DNA from: Candidatus Bathyarchaeia archaeon
GTDB taxonomy: Archaea; Thermoproteota; Bathyarchaeia; Bathyarchaeales; Bathycorpusculaceae
Direction: 5' to 3'
Length of the DNA stretch: 64,000 nucleotides
NCBI GenBank assembly: GCA_049512075.1
Contig: JBEKXL010000011.1
Location: 1-64,000 of the forward strand
A program made the position numbers and the translations under genes. The notes beneath the pieces were generated by a model, which saw only the letters and a program-made list of their open reading frames with translations, had not been told where the DNA came from and did not search any database. Shown in pieces: positions 61,293 through 64,000 of the stretch (position 1 is the first letter of the stretch; each line of letters starts with the position of its first letter).

Positions 61293-61577
61293 CTACTCTT
61301 CTTCTTCAGCTATTTTCTTTTCTTTAACAACCAGAGTGTTGTCTTTCCCGCCTATTACCCGGTAGTAGTCTTTTAGCTCGTTTCTGTGCAGGAACTTTCG
61401 CAACAGTACTCGCAGATAGGTCCTTGAGACAGCTTCTTCTCCTTCACCCTTGATTGTGATGTCGTTGGTTCCTGTTTCAGCTTTTGTATTGGTCTTTCCC
61501 TCCAGAAACGTCGTTAGCTCCTTCACAACATCGTTTCCTTCTCTTTTCAGATCCGAAATATCAATTTTCGTTTCCAT
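61293..61577 (-). CDS. rpl22e: Ribosomal protein eL22 (L22e)-like
   Basis: IDIS...FLEGK...VSRTYLRVLLRKFLHRNELKDYYRVI...acidic tail, paralleling eL22 FSKRYLKYLTKKYLKK..LRDWLRVV. Confidence 0.8.
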   Translation of the reverse strand: METKIDISDLKREGNDVVKELTTFLEGKTNTKAETGTNDITIKGEGEEAVSRTYLRVLLRKFLHRNELKDYYRVIGGKDNTLVVKEKKIAEEEE

Positions 61578-61583
61578 GTTGCA

Positions 61584-62264
61584 TCACTTCAGCGCGCGCG
61601 TTTCTCTAACCATTATGACTCTCACCTGATCGCAGGCATCCTCACATGAGTCTGCAACCATTTCCAAAGCCTCAAAGAGTTGGCTTGCCAATATTGCCAC
61701 TCCAGCCCTCGGGAGGTCTTCTGTTCCGAGCAAAGCTCTGGCCTTTTCGTGCATGTCATCAACCTTTTCCTCTTCCCGTTCTACCGCGTCAGCGGCTTGA
61801 AGGGCTTCTTCGGGTTTTGTCATCATTTTGTTCACGCATTTCTGGAGAGAGACAGTACATTCCTTTACGCTCTTAACCATTTCTATGAATGCATCTTTGA
61901 TTGCATCCGGCACATGCTCCATTGGTATTGCGCCCAGTACGCGCGTGGACTCTCTGCTCCAGTCTGCGACCATGTCTACTCTTTTCACCAGCTCCATCAA
62001 GTCTTCTCTGTCCGTTGGTGAAAGTTCTCCTGTGGAAATTTCATCCATGACCTTTCTTCGCAGGGAATCCGCTTCTTTTTCGCCGCTTGTCACTCTTCCT
62101 ATGCAAGTTTGCATTTCCTTCATATCTCTCTTTACCGCTGCTTTTATCGCGTTTTCAAGGTCTTCCACTATTCCGCTTGTCAAAGCTAGATGCCGCTGAA
62201 TATTCGCCAAAGCTTTGGTCTCTTTCCGCTTTTCGAACCATTTTATCAATTCACTCAACGGCAA
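61584..62264 (-). CDS. DUF47 family (PhoU-like) protein
   Basis: EKEADSLRR, DREDL, DMVAD, EEKVDD, EMVADSCEDACD. Confidence 0.9.
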   Translation of the reverse strand: MPLSELIKWFEKRKETKALANIQRHLALTSGIVEDLENAIKAAVKRDMKEMQTCIGRVTSGEKEADSLRRKVMDEISTGELSPTDREDLMELVKRVDMVADWSRESTRVLGAIPMEHVPDAIKDAFIEMVKSVKECTVSLQKCVNKMMTKPEEALQAADAVEREEEKVDDMHEKARALLGTEDLPRAGVAILASQLFEALEMVADSCEDACDQVRVIMVRETRALK

Positions 62265-63354
62265 TTTCCTCCTTCAACCCTGCCGCAGGATATTCGAACA
62301 CGTGAGCTTTCTCCGAAGCAAAGCTCACTGTTACCTTATCCTCGACATGAAGCCATTCTCCTGTCATGGAAGGTTTCACAATAACAATTAGATCCTGGTT
62401 TTTAAGCCTAATCTCGTAGCGTATGTTTGTTCCCTCAAAGGTTACCCTTTCAACCGTTCCTGCGATTGAGTTTTTGTCCTTTCCTATTCCTTGCTTAACG
62501 AGGAAGGTTTCTGGCCTTATGGCTAGCACTACTCTCTCACCCTTTCTTGCTTTGTCTTTTGTCACTTCAATTTGAATCTCACCGCGAAGCTCTATTGTCA
62601 TTTTCTTGTCATCTTCGTTTGCAACATATCCTTCCAGAAAGTTTGATTCTCCTATAAAGTTGGCCACAAAGACGTTGTCTGGAGCCATGTAAAGCTCGCA
62701 TGGAGTGCCAACTTGTCTGATACTTCCTTTTTTCATGACGGCTATCCTGTCAGATATTGCCATTGCTTCAGCCTGATCATGGGTCACGTGAATGGCCGTC
62801 AGTCCCAAATCCTTGGTCATCCTTCTTATTTCGTACCTCAAATCATTCCGCACTTTTGCGTCCAGCTGTCCAAGAGGCTCGTCCAGAAGCAACAGTTTGG
62901 CTCCCGCAGCTAGAGCTCGCGCTACGGCTATCCTCTGCATCATTCCTCCGCTCAGTTCATTCGGAAAAGCGTCTAAGCGTTCGTTCAGTCTGACCATTTC
63001 AAGCACCTCATGCCCAATCGTCCCAGCTTTCTTCATGTCGAAGCCCTTCACTTTTGGGCCGTAGGTTACGTTGTTCCAAGCATTCATGTGCGGAAACAAT
63101 GCGAATGTTTGAAAGACAAAGCCTATGTCTCTGTCTTCTGGCGGAACGTCGTTGACGAGTCTGTCTCCGATGTATATTTTTCCTTGGTCCGGCTTAATTA
63201 GTCCTGCAATAAGCCGTAAGAGGGTTGTTTTTCCACATCCGCTCGGTCCGAGCAGAGCGAAGTATTCTTTGTCATGAACGTGAAGGCTCACATTGTCCAC
63301 TGCTACGAGTTTCCCAAACTTCTTGGTTACGTTTTCTATTCGAACGTCCGGCAT
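62251..63354 (-). CDS. ABC transporter ATP-binding subunit (PotA/FbpC-like)
   Basis: GPSGCGKTT, FQTFALFPH, LSGGMMQR, LLDEP, VTHDQ, TOBE tail. Confidence 0.95.
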   Translation of the reverse strand: MPDVRIENVTKKFGKLVAVDNVSLHVHDKEYFALLGPSGCGKTTLLRLIAGLIKPDQGKIYIGDRLVNDVPPEDRDIGFVFQTFALFPHMNAWNNVTYGPKVKGFDMKKAGTIGHEVLEMVRLNERLDAFPNELSGGMMQRIAVARALAAGAKLLLLDEPLGQLDAKVRNDLRYEIRRMTKDLGLTAIHVTHDQAEAMAISDRIAVMKKGSIRQVGTPCELYMAPDNVFVANFIGESNFLEGYVANEDDKKMTIELRGEIQIEVTKDKARKGERVVLAIRPETFLVKQGIGKDKNSIAGTVERVTFEGTNIRYEIRLKNQDLIVIVKPSMTGEWLHVEDKVTVSFASEKAHVFEYPAAGLKEEIAVE

Positions 63355-63429
63355 GGACCAGCTCGCCTCCGAGTTGGATTCACAGTTACTTGAACGAAGT
63401 CATAGGCTGAGGGTTGTTTATTAAACATG

Positions 63430-64000
63430 TCAGTATCTTCCTTTCCCCTTCACAATGAGTCTCGATGCTAGGAGAATGATGAATGAGAGAAGTATCAAGT
63501 AACCGCTTCCTAGTCCTATCTGCAAGGGTGTGGCAGCCTGCTGCAAGAGCGGAGGCCTTATCCAGTTCACGAGCACCACTGGTACAGTTTTGAGCGTCGA
63601 CGATACCGCCAACGTCGCACCAGTTTCGCTTATGCTTCTTGTGAAGACGAGTATAGCGCCTGAAAATATGGAGTACTTAGTCAAGGGCAAAACGATGGTC
63701 CTGAAAACTCCTAACGGTTTGGCTCCGAGTGTCCTTGAGGCTTCTTCCATGTCTATGCTAATTCTTTCCACGGCTGCCGACATGGACCTCACGAAGTATG
63801 GATATGTGATTGCAAGGTGAGCAAAGATTAGCAGCAGAAGATCTGGTATAGAAGTGAAGATTTGTTTCCAAAAAATCCCAAGCGAGAAGCCCAACGCTAT
63901 CGAGGGGACAACAAGAGGAATGTTAACGAGAACGTCCAAAATTCCTGATTGTAACCGACCGAACTTCCTCCTCGCAATCGCGATGGCCATGGGCAATCCA
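63430..64000 (-). CDS. ABC transporter permease (5' end beyond window)
   Basis: PLVVPSIALG; EAA loop MEEASRTLGAKPLGVFRTIVLPL. Confidence 0.92.
   Translation of the reverse strand, partial: GLPMAIAIARRKFGRLQSGILDVLVNIPLVVPSIALGFSLGIFWKQIFTSIPDLLLLIFAHLAITYPYFVRSMSAAVERISIDMEEASRTLGAKPLGVFRTIVLPLTKYSIFSGAILVFTRSISETGATLAVSSTLKTVPVVLVNWIRPPLLQQAATPLQIGLGSGYLILLSFIILLASRLIVKGKGRY

Overview
Archaeal chromosomal DNA, most likely Bathyarchaeia (inferred from TFB, aIF1, EgsA, proteasome beta, aCPSF1, SepF, Sm/L37e, an eL22-like protein, and dockerin- and PEF-CTERM-bearing surface proteins). Housekeeping blocks (2-oxoacid:ferredoxin oxidoreductase, HMG-CoA synthase/thiolase, TFB, FKBP/egsA/psmB/aCPSF1, S10, Mre11/Rad50, ABC transporter) alternate with two accessory regions: about 14.5-24 kb, directly after a tRNA-Gln, and about 42.6-50.7 kb, around a tyrosine recombinase. 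The strongest signal is a set of shared non-coding repeats linking the two regions. A palindromic 41-bp direct repeat brackets a two-gene unit and recurs (22/24 nt) upstream of the recombinase; a terminator-promoter spacer is reused in front of unrelated genes; and GTAA triplets with 12-bp spacing recur at three loci. Together these suggest a non-IntI gene-cassette system (inference). Other highlights: a tRNA-Gln(TTG) with a BHB intron at non-canonical position 10/11; about two dozen (CG)n tracts, mostly in unconstrained DNA; a DUF35-HMG-CoA synthase fusion paired with a thiolase lacking its catalytic motifs; an archaeosortase-like protein lacking its catalytic Cys; and an unannotated 45-aa, 10-Cys microprotein. 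All calls were made by eye, with no database searches.
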